A stretch of DNA of 46,785 nucleotides from Synechococcales cyanobacterium RM1_1_8 (lineage in GTDB: Bacteria; Cyanobacteriota; Cyanobacteriia; PCC-9006; JAAUQQ01): NCBI GenBank assembly GCA_012032745.1, contig JAAUQQ010000001.1:1-46785 (forward strand), read 5' to 3'. Within the stretch, counting starts at the first letter, position 1. Every line of letters starts with the position of its first letter. A program made the position numbers and the translations under genes. A model generated the notes under the pieces. That model had not been told where the DNA came from. It did no database searches and was given only the letters and a program-made list of their open reading frames with translations. This document shows, in pieces, positions 8,611-17,338 of this stretch.

Positions 8611-9606
8611 ATGGCCCAGATGTTTTACGATTCCGATGCCAACCTAGACCTGCTCAATGGCAAAACCGTCGCCATCGTGGGCTACGGCTCCCAGGGCCAT
8701 GCCCATGCCCTCAACCTCAAGGAAAGTGGCGTTAATGTGATTGTCGGCCTCTATGAAGGCAGCCGCTCCAAGGAAAAAGCCGAAGCCGCTGGCCTGACTG
8801 TCCACAGTGTCGCCGATGCCGCCAAGGCCGCCGATTGGATCATGATCCTGCTGCCCGACGATGTCCAGCGCAGCGTCTATGAAACCGACATCGCCCCCAA
8901 CCTCAAAGCGGGCGATACCCTCTCCTTTGCCCATGGCTTCAACATCCACTTTGGCCAAATTGTCCCCGCCCCCGATGTGGATGTGGTCATGGTTGCCCCC
9001 AAGGGACCGGGCCATTTGGTGCGCCGCACCTATGAGCAGGGCCAAGGGGTGCCAGCCTTGTTCGCGGTCTATCAAGATGCCACGGGACAGGCCCGCGATC
9101 GCGCCATGGCCTATGCCAAAGGCATCGGCGGCACCCGCGCTGGCATCCTCGAAACCAGCTTCCGCGAAGAAACCGAAACCGATCTGTTCGGCGAACAGGT
9201 CGTCCTCTGCGGCGGCCTCAGCGAGCTGATCAAATCCGGCTTCGAGACCTTGATTGAAGCGGGCTATCAACCCGAAATCGCCTACTTCGAATGCCTCCAC
9301 GAAGTCAAACTCATCGTTGACCTGATTGTCGAAGGTGGCCTGGCCAAAATGCGGGACAGCATCTCGACCACGGCGGAATTTGGCGACTACAGCCGTGGCC
9401 CCCGCATCATCACCGATGAGACCCGTGCAGAAATGCGCAAAATTCTCAAAGAGATTCAAACCGGCCAATTCGCCAAGGAATTCATCATCGAAAACCAAAC
9501 CGGCCAAGCAGGCTTCACCGCCACCCGTCGCCGCGAAGCCGAACACCCGATCGAAGAGGTCGGCAAAGACCTACGGGCCATGTTTAGCTGGCTGAAAAAG
9601 GCCTAA
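8611..9606 (+). CDS. ilvC: Ketol-acid reductoisomerase (class I)
   Basis: 331 aa. Motifs: [19 protein letters not shown] and [12 protein letters not shown]. The length is typical for class I IlvC. Confidence 0.95.
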   Translation: MAQMFYDSDANLDLLNGKTVAIVGYGSQGHAHALNLKESGVNVIVGLYEGSRSKEKAEAAGLTVHSVADAAKAADWIMILLPDDVQRSVYETDIAPNLKAGDTLSFAHGFNIHFGQIVPAPDVDVVMVAPKGPGHLVRRTYEQGQGVPALFAVYQDATGQARDRAMAYAKGIGGTRAGILETSFREETETDLFGEQVVLCGGLSELIKSGFETLIEAGYQPEIAYFECLHEVKLIVDLIVEGGLAKMRDSISTTAEFGDYSRGPRIITDETRAEMRKILKEIQTGQFAKEFIIENQTGQAGFTATRRREAEHPIEEVGKDLRAMFSWLKKA

Positions 9607-9735
9607 GCGCCTGCTCCAAAGACAGATCAATTCCGCAGCAGCAACGAGAGCGCCGAAGCGGCGCGCCCCCAAAGCCTGTTCAGGCCTGGAAAGCACGCCG
9701 CTGGAACCGCTGCCAGTCGCGCAGTCAAAGCAACG

Positions 9736-10749
9736 TTAAAACAGACGGGTCACCCGAGGATATTTATTGAGCAGTAGAGAATCTGCTCCCAAGTTTGAAG
9801 CCTTCCACAGGCGGCCCCTGAAGTAATCCCCAAGCTGGAGTGCTGCAATGCCCAGATCCTTGATCATGGCTTTCCAATTGGCCGATTGAATTAAGTAGCC
9901 GTAGGCCTGAAGTTTTTGTCCCAAGCCCATGGGGGCATGGTTAATTGCAGCAGCATAGTCCAAGAACTTGCACCAAAACGGCAGCAGCAGCCGACCGACA
10001 TTGGCCGTGTCATACCAAGTACAATAGAGCTGGGGGGAAATAGCGCCCTCGTTGATTGATTGGGAGGCATGTCGCCGCAGGAAAAACAGCTTTTCTGGCA
10101 CTTCGTGAAATCTCCCCCTTAGCGATAAGCGAGCCAGTAGTGCTTGATCACCACCTGGATAGGCGCCAAACAGGGGGATTTCCCTCAGGACCTCCGTGCG
10201 AATCAGTCCGAAGATGGGATACCAGTAATGGTAGGCTTCCAAAATTGCCCTAAACCGTTTGATGGGGGAGGTAACATCAGTTGCAACGTAATGTACTGAA
10301 TTCATCAAGCGCACATAATTCGCATCGTTGTCGTCTGGCTTGGGCTCCGTCAGCAGCTCACCGTGATCATCAATCAGCACCGTATCGGGATAGGCTACGA
10401 TGACATCAGGAGATGCATCCAGAACTTCAACGCAGCGGGCCAAAAAACCTGGGGCACAGTTGTCATCATGGGCAGCCAGCTTGAAATACTGGCCACGGGC
10501 CATGGTGATGGTCAAATTCATGTTAACCGCTCCGCCTAGATTCTTTTCATTGCGGTAGTAGCGAATGCGCGAATCCTTTGCGGCATAGGCTTCACAGATC
10601 TGAGGTGTGGTATCTGTCGAAGCGTTATCTGAAATAATCAGTTCAAAGTCTTTGAAGGTCTGCGCGAGTAAAGATTCCAGGGATTCTCTCAGGTAGTTCT
10701 CGCCGTTGTACACCGCTAAACCAATACTGACTCTGGGAGGTGTGTTCAC
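9736..10749 (-). CDS. Glycosyltransferase family 2 (GT-A)
   Basis: 337 aa. The N-terminus VSIGLAVYNGENYLRESLESLLAQTFKDFELIISDNASTD, followed by AHDDN (a DxD-like motif), is the canonical GT2 signature. Confidence 0.9.
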   Translation of the reverse strand: MNTPPRVSIGLAVYNGENYLRESLESLLAQTFKDFELIISDNASTDTTPQICEAYAAKDSRIRYYRNEKNLGGAVNMNLTITMARGQYFKLAAHDDNCAPGFLARCVEVLDASPDVIVAYPDTVLIDDHGELLTEPKPDDNDANYVRLMNSVHYVATDVTSPIKRFRAILEAYHYWYPIFGLIRTEVLREIPLFGAYPGGDQALLARLSLRGRFHEVPEKLFFLRRHASQSINEGAISPQLYCTWYDTANVGRLLLPFWCKFLDYAAAINHAPMGLGQKLQAYGYLIQSANWKAMIKDLGIAALQLGDYFRGRLWKASNLGADSLLLNKYPRVTRLF

Positions 10750-10810
10750 TCTTCGTAATGATATTAGGGTTGTAAACTATACAGACTTGGCGTTGCCGAT
10801 TTCCGGGATA

Positions 10811-10849
10811 AATCTTTTCAAGCAATCTTTTCAAGCAATCTTTTCAATT
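10811..10849. repeat. 13-bp tandem repeat x3 (aatcttttcaagc) in a divergent intergenic region
   Basis: Copies at 10811-10823 and 10824-10836 are identical. Copy 10837-10849 differs at the last 2 nt. It lies between the divergent starts of the GT2 gene (10749) and the membrane-protein gene (11163). Confidence 0.85.
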
Positions 10850-11162
10850 CCTGCAGATGCAGGGCTGCTAGGGTTGATGCAATGCTGACAAGTATCAGCT
10901 TAGTGGGAACAACTTATGCATGAGAATATCAAATTCCTTGTTTTCGTTCTTGGAAGACTTCATAACTTTACACAGAGAAGCTGATGCGACTGGCCAGGGC
11001 GGAACTTGGCCTAGGCTTGATCCGGCCGCTTGAGCTGTCTAGCTTGGTGAGACTCGTTGATAGCGGCAAGTGCTGCTGTGAGCGGGGGCCTCGCGATCGC
11101 AAGAGAGGCTTGGTCGGCGCGAGTCTGACGAAAATCATGAACATCATTAATGGGTAGAACCG

Positions 11163-12971
11163 ATGGCGACAATCCTGAAGGTAGCTGAACAATTCTGGCG
11201 GCGATCGCCCCAGGTCTGGCAATGGTTGGGCAGCCGAGCAAGGCAGCCTGACTTTATTCTCGTCTTCGGCTTTGCTCTCCTGGCGCTGCTGGGGGTGCTG
11301 CACCATGAGCTCTGGGAGGATGAGCTTCAAGCTTGGATGTTAGCCCGAGACAGTGGCTCCCCCTGGGAGCTGCTGCACAACATGCGCTTTGAGGGGCATC
11401 CGGCACTCTGGCACATTTTGCTCTTTGGATTGACCCAGTTCGGTCACGATCCTTTTATGATGCAGATCTTGCATTTGTTAATTGCGATCGGGTTTGTCAG
11501 CTTAATTAATTTTTGCTCACCCTTTAGCCAGACCCAAAAAATATTTTTAACGTTTAGCTATTTCTTCTTGTATGAGTACACCGTAATTAGTCGAAGCTAC
11601 GGTCTAGGGGTTTTCCTCGCATTTTTGTTTTGTAGCTTGACGGGGCGCGATCGCGCTCCATCTGCCCTGGGCCAAAGCCCAGCTAAACAACAGCTCCGTT
11701 GGAGAATTGTGATTTTAGTTGCCCTGGCCAACACCAGCGTATATGGCCTTATCCTCAGCATCCTGCTCTCCATCTATCTTTTCAATGAACAACTTGCCCA
11801 GGGGCAGCTCTTGAACCCGCAACTGGGGCGAGCCAACCTCGGCGCAGTTGCCCTGGCCAGCCTCGGAAACATGGGCCTCAGCAGCCTGGCCCTGGCCAGT
11901 GGTTGGCTCCTTTCCGCTTGGCAAATTCTGCGTGCCTTCGAGTCTGAAACCTTGAGGCGCTGGGTTTTTGCCGATTTGGCTCCGCCCCAGGCACTGGCCG
12001 CAGCAGCAACGGCGGGACCAGCAGCTTCGCCCTTCCAAGCCGCCCAGGCCAGCTTGGGCTTTGGCCTGGAGCGAGTCATCCAGATTAGCCATTTAATCGC
12101 CTATGTCTGGAAGAGCTACGTTCCCATTCCCCAGCTCAACACTCCCAGTTTTTGGAATAAGAGCCTGTTTTCAGACACTCCATTTATCTTTGGAACTCCC
12201 CTTCCCGGTGCGGGTGGGGTAGAGCTGGGCCAAGCCCTGTCTGTTTTGTTCTCGATTGTTTTGCTGGTGGCTGTATTTAAATGGGGCTTGACTCGGCCCA
12301 TTATGCGGCGGATTTACCTCGTCGGGAACCTCCTGTTTCTGCTGTTTTTTTATTTTTTTCTGCCGACGGGGATTCGCCACCACGGCCACCTATTCATTTT
12401 CTTGATTATCTGTATTTGGCTAGATAGGATTCCTGCGGAAACCCACGATGTTGTTGGTTCTCCCCAAAAAGCTAAGCCCTGGGTGAAAACTGCGTTCACG
12501 GCGCTGTTGCTGGTCCAGAGTCTGGTTGGCCTCTATGCGCTACGCACAGACTGGATATATGATTTCTCAGCCAGTCGGGATGCGGTGCGCTGGATTCGAG
12601 AGCAGAACCTGGAACAGCTACCCATGGCCGGTATGCGGTCTTGGGAAACCTCCGTGTTTTCAGGCTATCTGGGTCGTGAGATTTATTATCCAGAATTGGA
12701 TCGATTCGGCAGCTTTATTACGCCAATTCCGGTTGGTCAAAGCTATGCTGTGGGAATTGAGAAGATTCGTGATCTGGTGCGTGAACAGGGCAAGGTTTTG
12801 GTGCTTTTGGATAGAGTCATTGAAGCGGAAAAAAAGTCATTGGGTCTCAGTGATTGGTCTGTGGATAGCCCATCTCCAGAGTTTGAAGTGATCCAGAAAA
12901 AGTATTTTGAGGCGGATATTGTAGGTAAGGAATCCTATAATATTTATGTTGTTCAACATCGAGCCCCCTAG
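11163..12971 (+). CDS. Polytopic membrane protein, possibly a GT-C-type glycosyltransferase (hypothetical)
   Basis: 602 aa with at least 10 hydrophobic segments in the first 460 aa and a soluble C-terminal domain of about 130 aa. An acidic motif HHELWEDELQAW follows the first TM helix, as in GT-C enzymes. It lies within a polysaccharide cluster. The family assignment is inference only. Confidence 0.6.
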   Translation: MATILKVAEQFWRRSPQVWQWLGSRARQPDFILVFGFALLALLGVLHHELWEDELQAWMLARDSGSPWELLHNMRFEGHPALWHILLFGLTQFGHDPFMMQILHLLIAIGFVSLINFCSPFSQTQKIFLTFSYFFLYEYTVISRSYGLGVFLAFLFCSLTGRDRAPSALGQSPAKQQLRWRIVILVALANTSVYGLILSILLSIYLFNEQLAQGQLLNPQLGRANLGAVALASLGNMGLSSLALASGWLLSAWQILRAFESETLRRWVFADLAPPQALAAAATAGPAASPFQAAQASLGFGLERVIQISHLIAYVWKSYVPIPQLNTPSFWNKSLFSDTPFIFGTPLPGAGGVELGQALSVLFSIVLLVAVFKWGLTRPIMRRIYLVGNLLFLLFFYFFLPTGIRHHGHLFIFLIICIWLDRIPAETHDVVGSPQKAKPWVKTAFTALLLVQSLVGLYALRTDWIYDFSASRDAVRWIREQNLEQLPMAGMRSWETSVFSGYLGREIYYPELDRFGSFITPIPVGQSYAVGIEKIRDLVREQGKVLVLLDRVIEAEKKSLGLSDWSVDSPSPEFEVIQKKYFEADIVGKESYNIYVVQHRAP

Positions 12972-12973
12972 GA

Positions 12974-14455
12974 GGAATGGCACTGACATAAGAGAGAAAA
13001 AAGGCTTCAAACGCTGTGAACGTTGAAGATCAGAGTGTTGAAGCCCTAAAACACTACCTCTACTATGTCGAATCGAGCGGAAATCCTCAAGCAGCGATAC
13101 CACGCCAGTGTGGGCCTGCCGTTTGAGCGAGTCCTAAGCGAGAGTGAGATCGCCCAAGTGCTAGCGGAGGAGGGTGTGAGCTATCGTCAGGTCCTCTACA
13201 CCCCGATGGTGGTGCTGTGGGCCTGGATATCCCAGGTGCTCGACGAAGACAAAAGCCTGAGTAATGCGGTCAAACGGGTGACGACCTGGTTGGTTGCAGC
13301 GGGAGAGGAGCCGCCCTCCGGGGATACGGGAGGCTACAGCAAAGCTCGTAAACGCTTGCCCTTTTCGGTGCTGCCGCCATTGCTCAAACGCAGTGCCGAT
13401 GGTCTTTCAGCCCAAGTGAAGCCGGAACAGCTCTGGTGTGGTCGGCGAGTCAAGGCTTACGACGGCACCAGCATTTTGATGAGTGATACCGCTGCGAATC
13501 AGGAGCGCTATCCCCAACACCGTCAAAAAGAGGGCTGTGGCTTCCCCATCGCCAAGGTGGTGGTGTGGTTTTGCGTTGTCACCGGTGCGGTCCTCGAAGT
13601 CGCAATGGCCCCGTTCAAGACCAGTGAATGGGAGCTGTCGCGGCAGTTGTATGCCACCCTCTCCTCCGAAGATGTGGTGGTGGCAGATCGCGCCTACGGG
13701 ACTTATGTGGACCTGGCCTTGGTGCAAAGCCGGGGAGCTGACGGAGTGTTCCGCAAACATCAGTCTCGCAAATGTGATTTTCGTCGGGGGCGAAAGCTGG
13801 GAATTGGCGACCATCTCGTGAGCTGGCAACGCCCTCAAAAATGCCCAGACTCAATGACGCGTGAAGACTTTGAGGCTCTCCCCACCCAGCTTGAAGTCCG
13901 AGAAGTTCATCTCCTCCTCAGGCGACCGGGCTTTCGACCCACTGAGGTCATCTTGGTCACCACGCTGCTTGACCCCAAAGTCTATCCCAAGGCCCAGTTG
14001 GCGACTCTCTACGGGCTTCGCTGGCAAGCCACCGAAGTCAACTTCAAGCATCTCAAAACCACTTTGAAGATGGAGATGATTGCAGCCAAAACCCCAGAGA
14101 CCGTTGAGAAAGAACTCTGGGTCCATCTTCTGGCTTACAATCTACTGCGAACCCTGATGTGGCACGCTTCTCAACAGAAACCGGTCTCGGCTTTACGCAT
14201 TTCGTTGCAAGGCACCCGTCAGCAATTGAATCACTTCAGGCCAGAGTTGGCTCGCACCCATGGACCTGGACAGAAGTGTCTCTACGACTCCTTGTTGAAC
14301 ATCCTCAGTCAGCTTCTAGTCCCGCTGCGGCCCAACCGAGCTGAACCTAGAGTTCTCAAACGCAGGCCTAAACCTTTCCCCAGAATGCAACAGCCTCGCG
14401 CTGTTCTCAAAGCCAAACTGGCTGCTTGATTCAGCTTAGGTCAGTGCCATTCCCA
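12974..14455 (+). mobile_element. IS4-family insertion sequence, apparently intact (about 1.48 kb)
   Basis: Terminal inverted repeats are ggaatggcactgacAtaag (12974-12992) and cttaGgtcagtgccattcc (14435-14453), matching at 18 of 19 positions. The flanking direct repeat ctagga(gg) is at 12968-12975 and 14456-14463. There is a single DDE transposase ORF. The end positions are ambiguous by about 2 bp. Confidence 0.85.
13065..14429 (+). CDS. IS4-family DDE transposase
   Basis: 454 aa with an IS4/InsG-like organisation: YDGTSILMSD, VVVADRAYGTY and a C-terminal YGLRWQATEVNFKHLK...LLAYNLLR (Y-x2-R-x3-E-x6-K-like block). A stem-loop (cttcaaacg/cgttgaag) sits upstream of the start, inside the left end. 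Confidence 0.9.
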   Translation: MSNRAEILKQRYHASVGLPFERVLSESEIAQVLAEEGVSYRQVLYTPMVVLWAWISQVLDEDKSLSNAVKRVTTWLVAAGEEPPSGDTGGYSKARKRLPFSVLPPLLKRSADGLSAQVKPEQLWCGRRVKAYDGTSILMSDTAANQERYPQHRQKEGCGFPIAKVVVWFCVVTGAVLEVAMAPFKTSEWELSRQLYATLSSEDVVVADRAYGTYVDLALVQSRGADGVFRKHQSRKCDFRRGRKLGIGDHLVSWQRPQKCPDSMTREDFEALPTQLEVREVHLLLRRPGFRPTEVILVTTLLDPKVYPKAQLATLYGLRWQATEVNFKHLKTTLKMEMIAAKTPETVEKELWVHLLAYNLLRTLMWHASQQKPVSALRISLQGTRQQLNHFRPELARTHGPGQKCLYDSLLNILSQLLVPLRPNRAEPRVLKRRPKPFPRMQQPRAVLKAKLAA

Positions 14456-14589
14456 CTAGGAGGATGTTGGAACAGTCAGCCAAGTCGGTGAATCGCGATA
14501 GGAGTTCGTGGGATGCCGTTGGTTTTCTTCGTCAGTCTGAGGTTCTGGGGACTGCTCCCATACCGGCTAAAACAGCTTTCGAATATTCC

Positions 14590-15927
14590 CTAAAGACCAA
14601 TGCCCTCATAGCGAGGAACGCTGTGCTTGGGCAACATGCGACGACCGTCAATCACGAGGGGAGGCTGCTCTAGACCCGCCAGCAGAGAGGGAATCTCGGC
14701 GAACTCCGCCCAGCGCGTCATGAGTAGCACGGCATCTACACCGTTGAGGGTTTGGGAGAGATCTGGACAGAATGTGATGCGATCGCCGCTCAGCACATGG
14801 GAGGCCTCCTGACTGGCAATGGGGTCAAAGGCTTGGACGACTGCCCCAGCGTCCAGCAGCGCCTGGGCAACTGGAATGGAAGGAGATTCGCGGATATCAT
14901 CGGTGCCTGGTTTGAAGGCCAGGCCGAGCAGGGCGATCTTAAGACCGCTCAATTCAGGGAAATGCTTTTTCAGCAGAGTCACCATGCGCTCGGGCTGATC
15001 GGCATTGACCTGGAGAACCGCATCCAGAATTTGCATCGGGCTCGATCGCTGGGCTCCGTAGGCCACCAAGGCCTTGACATCCTTGGGGAAGCAACTGCCG
15101 CCAAAACCACAGCCCGCTTCTAGGTAAGTGGTGAAGGCAGGGGTGATGCGGCGGCCATCTGCGAGGATAGGGCTGAGGCGTTTGTCGAGGTGAACGCCCT
15201 GCATGACTTCGACGACATCAATACCGCCGACGGCGGTGCAGAGGTTGCCAATTTCATTGGAAAACGAAATCATCGTCGCCAGTAGGGAGTTGGCGGTGTA
15301 TTTAATCATTTCAGCGGTTTTGCAGTTCGTGGCCAGTTGATCCACATCGCTGAAGACGCTATACATTTCCTGGAGAACGCCATTGGTTTTGGCATCAATG
15401 CCGCCGTAGACGATGCGGTCTGGGTTCATGAAGTCGGCGATCGCCTCCCCTTCCTTCAAAAATTCCGGGTTCATGCCCACACCGAAGGATTCGCCCGCCT
15501 TCTTACCCGATGCAGCTTCCAAGATCGGCAAAACGACGTCATCGGTGGTGCCTGGAACAACGGTGCTTTTGACAACGACGACATGGTAATGATCCTTCTG
15601 CCGGAGGACGGTGCCAATTTGCTCTGCGACAGCTTTGATATATTTGAGGTCGATATGTTGACCGTCGAAGGGGGTGCCCACGGCGATCAGGGAGAGTTCA
15701 GACTCCATCACAGCGCTGCGCAGATCGGTGGTGGCCTGGAGTCCATGGCCAATATTTTTCCGGAGCAGCGCTTCGAGGCCCGCCTCGTAGATGGGGGGAA
15801 TACCTTGATTGATCTGCTCGACTTTTGCTGGATCAATGTCTACGCAGGTTACCTGATGGCCTTTTTCGGCGAGGCAAACGCCAGAAACGAGGCCGACGTA
15901 GCCGGTGCCGACAACGGAGATTTTCAT
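14590..15927 (-). CDS. ugd: UDP-glucose 6-dehydrogenase
   Basis: 445 aa. Motifs: MKISVVGTGYVGLVSGVCLAEKGH (Rossmann), NPEFLKEGEA, and GFGGSCFPKD with the catalytic Cys. Confidence 0.9.
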   Translation of the reverse strand: MKISVVGTGYVGLVSGVCLAEKGHQVTCVDIDPAKVEQINQGIPPIYEAGLEALLRKNIGHGLQATTDLRSAVMESELSLIAVGTPFDGQHIDLKYIKAVAEQIGTVLRQKDHYHVVVVKSTVVPGTTDDVVLPILEAASGKKAGESFGVGMNPEFLKEGEAIADFMNPDRIVYGGIDAKTNGVLQEMYSVFSDVDQLATNCKTAEMIKYTANSLLATMISFSNEIGNLCTAVGGIDVVEVMQGVHLDKRLSPILADGRRITPAFTTYLEAGCGFGGSCFPKDVKALVAYGAQRSSPMQILDAVLQVNADQPERMVTLLKKHFPELSGLKIALLGLAFKPGTDDIRESPSIPVAQALLDAGAVVQAFDPIASQEASHVLSGDRITFCPDLSQTLNGVDAVLLMTRWAEFAEIPSLLAGLEQPPLVIDGRRMLPKHSVPRYEGIGL

Positions 15928-16015
15928 TGAAATTCAAAGGGGTTTAGAGGAAATAGATCTATTGGAATTATTGAGGTGGGTCTGGGGATCATCCAAGGCT
16001 CATTGGACCGGGCGT

Positions 16016-17128
16016 TTACGCTTCGGCGGCTTCGGCGTTGTCTCTGTACCAGATCAGCGATCGCCGCAACCCTTCCTCGACCGTAATCCCTGGCTCATAG
16101 CCCAGCTCGCTGCGGGCCTTGTCAATGATGGGGCAGCGACGATTGGGATTGTCCACCAGGTAGGCCTTGTCGCTGCTTTCCTGGCGAACCACCTGGCCGC
16201 CATAACCGAACAACTCCTGGGCTAGGACAACCACGCGATCTGCCAACTCTGCCATGGAAATTTCGGGGGTCTCTGTGCCGATGTTATAGGCTTCACCGGG
16301 GCGACCCTTGACCAGAATTTTGTAGTAGCCAATGATGGCATCGGCAATATAACAGAAGGTGCGAGTGGGGGAGCCATCGGAGAGCATCACAATATCCCGG
16401 CCCGCAAGCACATCTCGGACAAAGTCGGGCAGAACGCGGCGATCGGTAATCTTCAGCCCAGGACCATAGTTGTTGAAGGGACGAGCTGTTTTGATCGGCA
16501 GCTCATATTGCTGGGCAAAATTGACGCAAAGGGTTTCGCCGTAGCGCTTGGATTCGTCATAGCAGGCGCGGGGACCAGTGCAGGACACGTTGCCTCGGTA
16601 GGTTTCGGGCGTGGGGATGCTATCGGGAGTCGGGTCGCCGTAAATTTCGCTGGTGGAGTAATAGAGAAAACCTTCCACAGGGCTACCCGCTTCTTTTTGC
16701 TGGCGGCAATATTCCAACAGACTGCGCAGGCCATTGACATTGGCATCCATGGTCTCGATTGGATACTTGCGGTAGTAAATCGGCGAGGCAATGGAAGCGG
16801 CATGAATCATGTACTGAAAATCGCCCATATCCTCAGGTAGGGGATGGGTGATGTCATGCTTTTGAAGCGTCAAGGTGGGATGGGTCTCTAGGGCTGTCAG
16901 CCAATCGGGAATGCCGCGAATGTAGTTGTCGTAGACGGTGAGCTGAATCTGCTGGGCTGGTTGTACTTGGCTGTTCCAATAGAGTACCGATTGCACCAGG
17001 TAATAGCCCAAAAATCCTGCCCCACCGATAATCAGCAGTTTTTTGCCTGCGATCTGGCTGAACTCTTCTTTGAGGCCAGCAACAATATATTGAAAATCAA
17101 TTCCGATTACGTCTTGGGCGGTCTTCAT
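16016..17128 (-). CDS. SDR-family NAD-dependent epimerase/dehydratase, UDP-glucuronate decarboxylase (UXS)-like
   Basis: Motifs: KKLLIIGGAGFLGYYL (GxxGxxG), STSEIYG, and GPRACYDESKRYGETL (YxxxK in a UXS-like context). It is adjacent to ugd. I place the start at the internal ATG 17128 (MKTAQD...). The track ORF extends to 17245 with a Cys/Ser-rich extension that does not look like protein. Confidence 0.8.
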   Translation of the reverse strand: MKTAQDVIGIDFQYIVAGLKEEFSQIAGKKLLIIGGAGFLGYYLVQSVLYWNSQVQPAQQIQLTVYDNYIRGIPDWLTALETHPTLTLQKHDITHPLPEDMGDFQYMIHAASIASPIYYRKYPIETMDANVNGLRSLLEYCRQQKEAGSPVEGFLYYSTSEIYGDPTPDSIPTPETYRGNVSCTGPRACYDESKRYGETLCVNFAQQYELPIKTARPFNNYGPGLKITDRRVLPDFVRDVLAGRDIVMLSDGSPTRTFCYIADAIIGYYKILVKGRPGEAYNIGTETPEISMAELADRVVVLAQELFGYGGQVVRQESSDKAYLVDNPNRRCPIIDKARSELGYEPGITVEEGLRRSLIWYRDNAEAAEA

Positions 17129-17338
17129 TGCCAGTGCCTCGGGGCTAAGTTTGTATAGGGAGTTGTTGAATACTGAGCTGCACTGCCCCAGCAGAGTGGA
17201 TGGCTTGGGGCAGTGTCCAGCTTCGGGTGATGCAGAGCAAATCAATTCATCTGGACGAAACCAATAGCTCCATGGGTCGTATCTACTAGGAATGGCTGAA
17301 AAGTTTGCCCCTGGGTCCTGGGTCTTATCGGGGTTGAT

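Noticed and set aside
8644-9546. A 300-aa ORF antisense to ilvC. Similar long shadow ORFs include 6309..7562 and 6134..6748 opposite pyk, 15337..15930 opposite ugd, 17589..18263 opposite the oxidoreductase, 34470..35114 within mraY, 40835..41569 and 41079..41639 opposite the EamA gene, 42251..43201 and 43534..44088.
   Set aside because: These are typical GC-rich antisense or off-frame shadow ORFs. Their compositions are biased and repetitive (G/A/D/F-rich or P/R/Q/H-rich), with no family motifs. Each overlaps a gene carrying unambiguous conserved motifs.
10968-11330. A 120-aa minus-strand ORF spanning the start of the GT-C-like gene.
   Set aside because: It overlaps the 5' end of the much longer, hydrophobic-periodic plus-strand ORF, and it has a low-complexity R/S/P/L composition.
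14464-14673. A 69-aa ORF starting right after the AGGAGG in the right-hand target duplication of the IS.
   Set aside because: The SD-like sequence abuts the ATG with zero spacing. The ORF runs antisense into the ugd 3' end, and the peptide has no recognisable features.
17129-17245. A 39-aa N-terminal extension of the SDR gene.
   Set aside because: The extension (MICSASPEAGHCPKPSTLLGQCSS...) lacks any family resemblance. The Rossmann fold begins about 30 residues after the internal Met at 17128.
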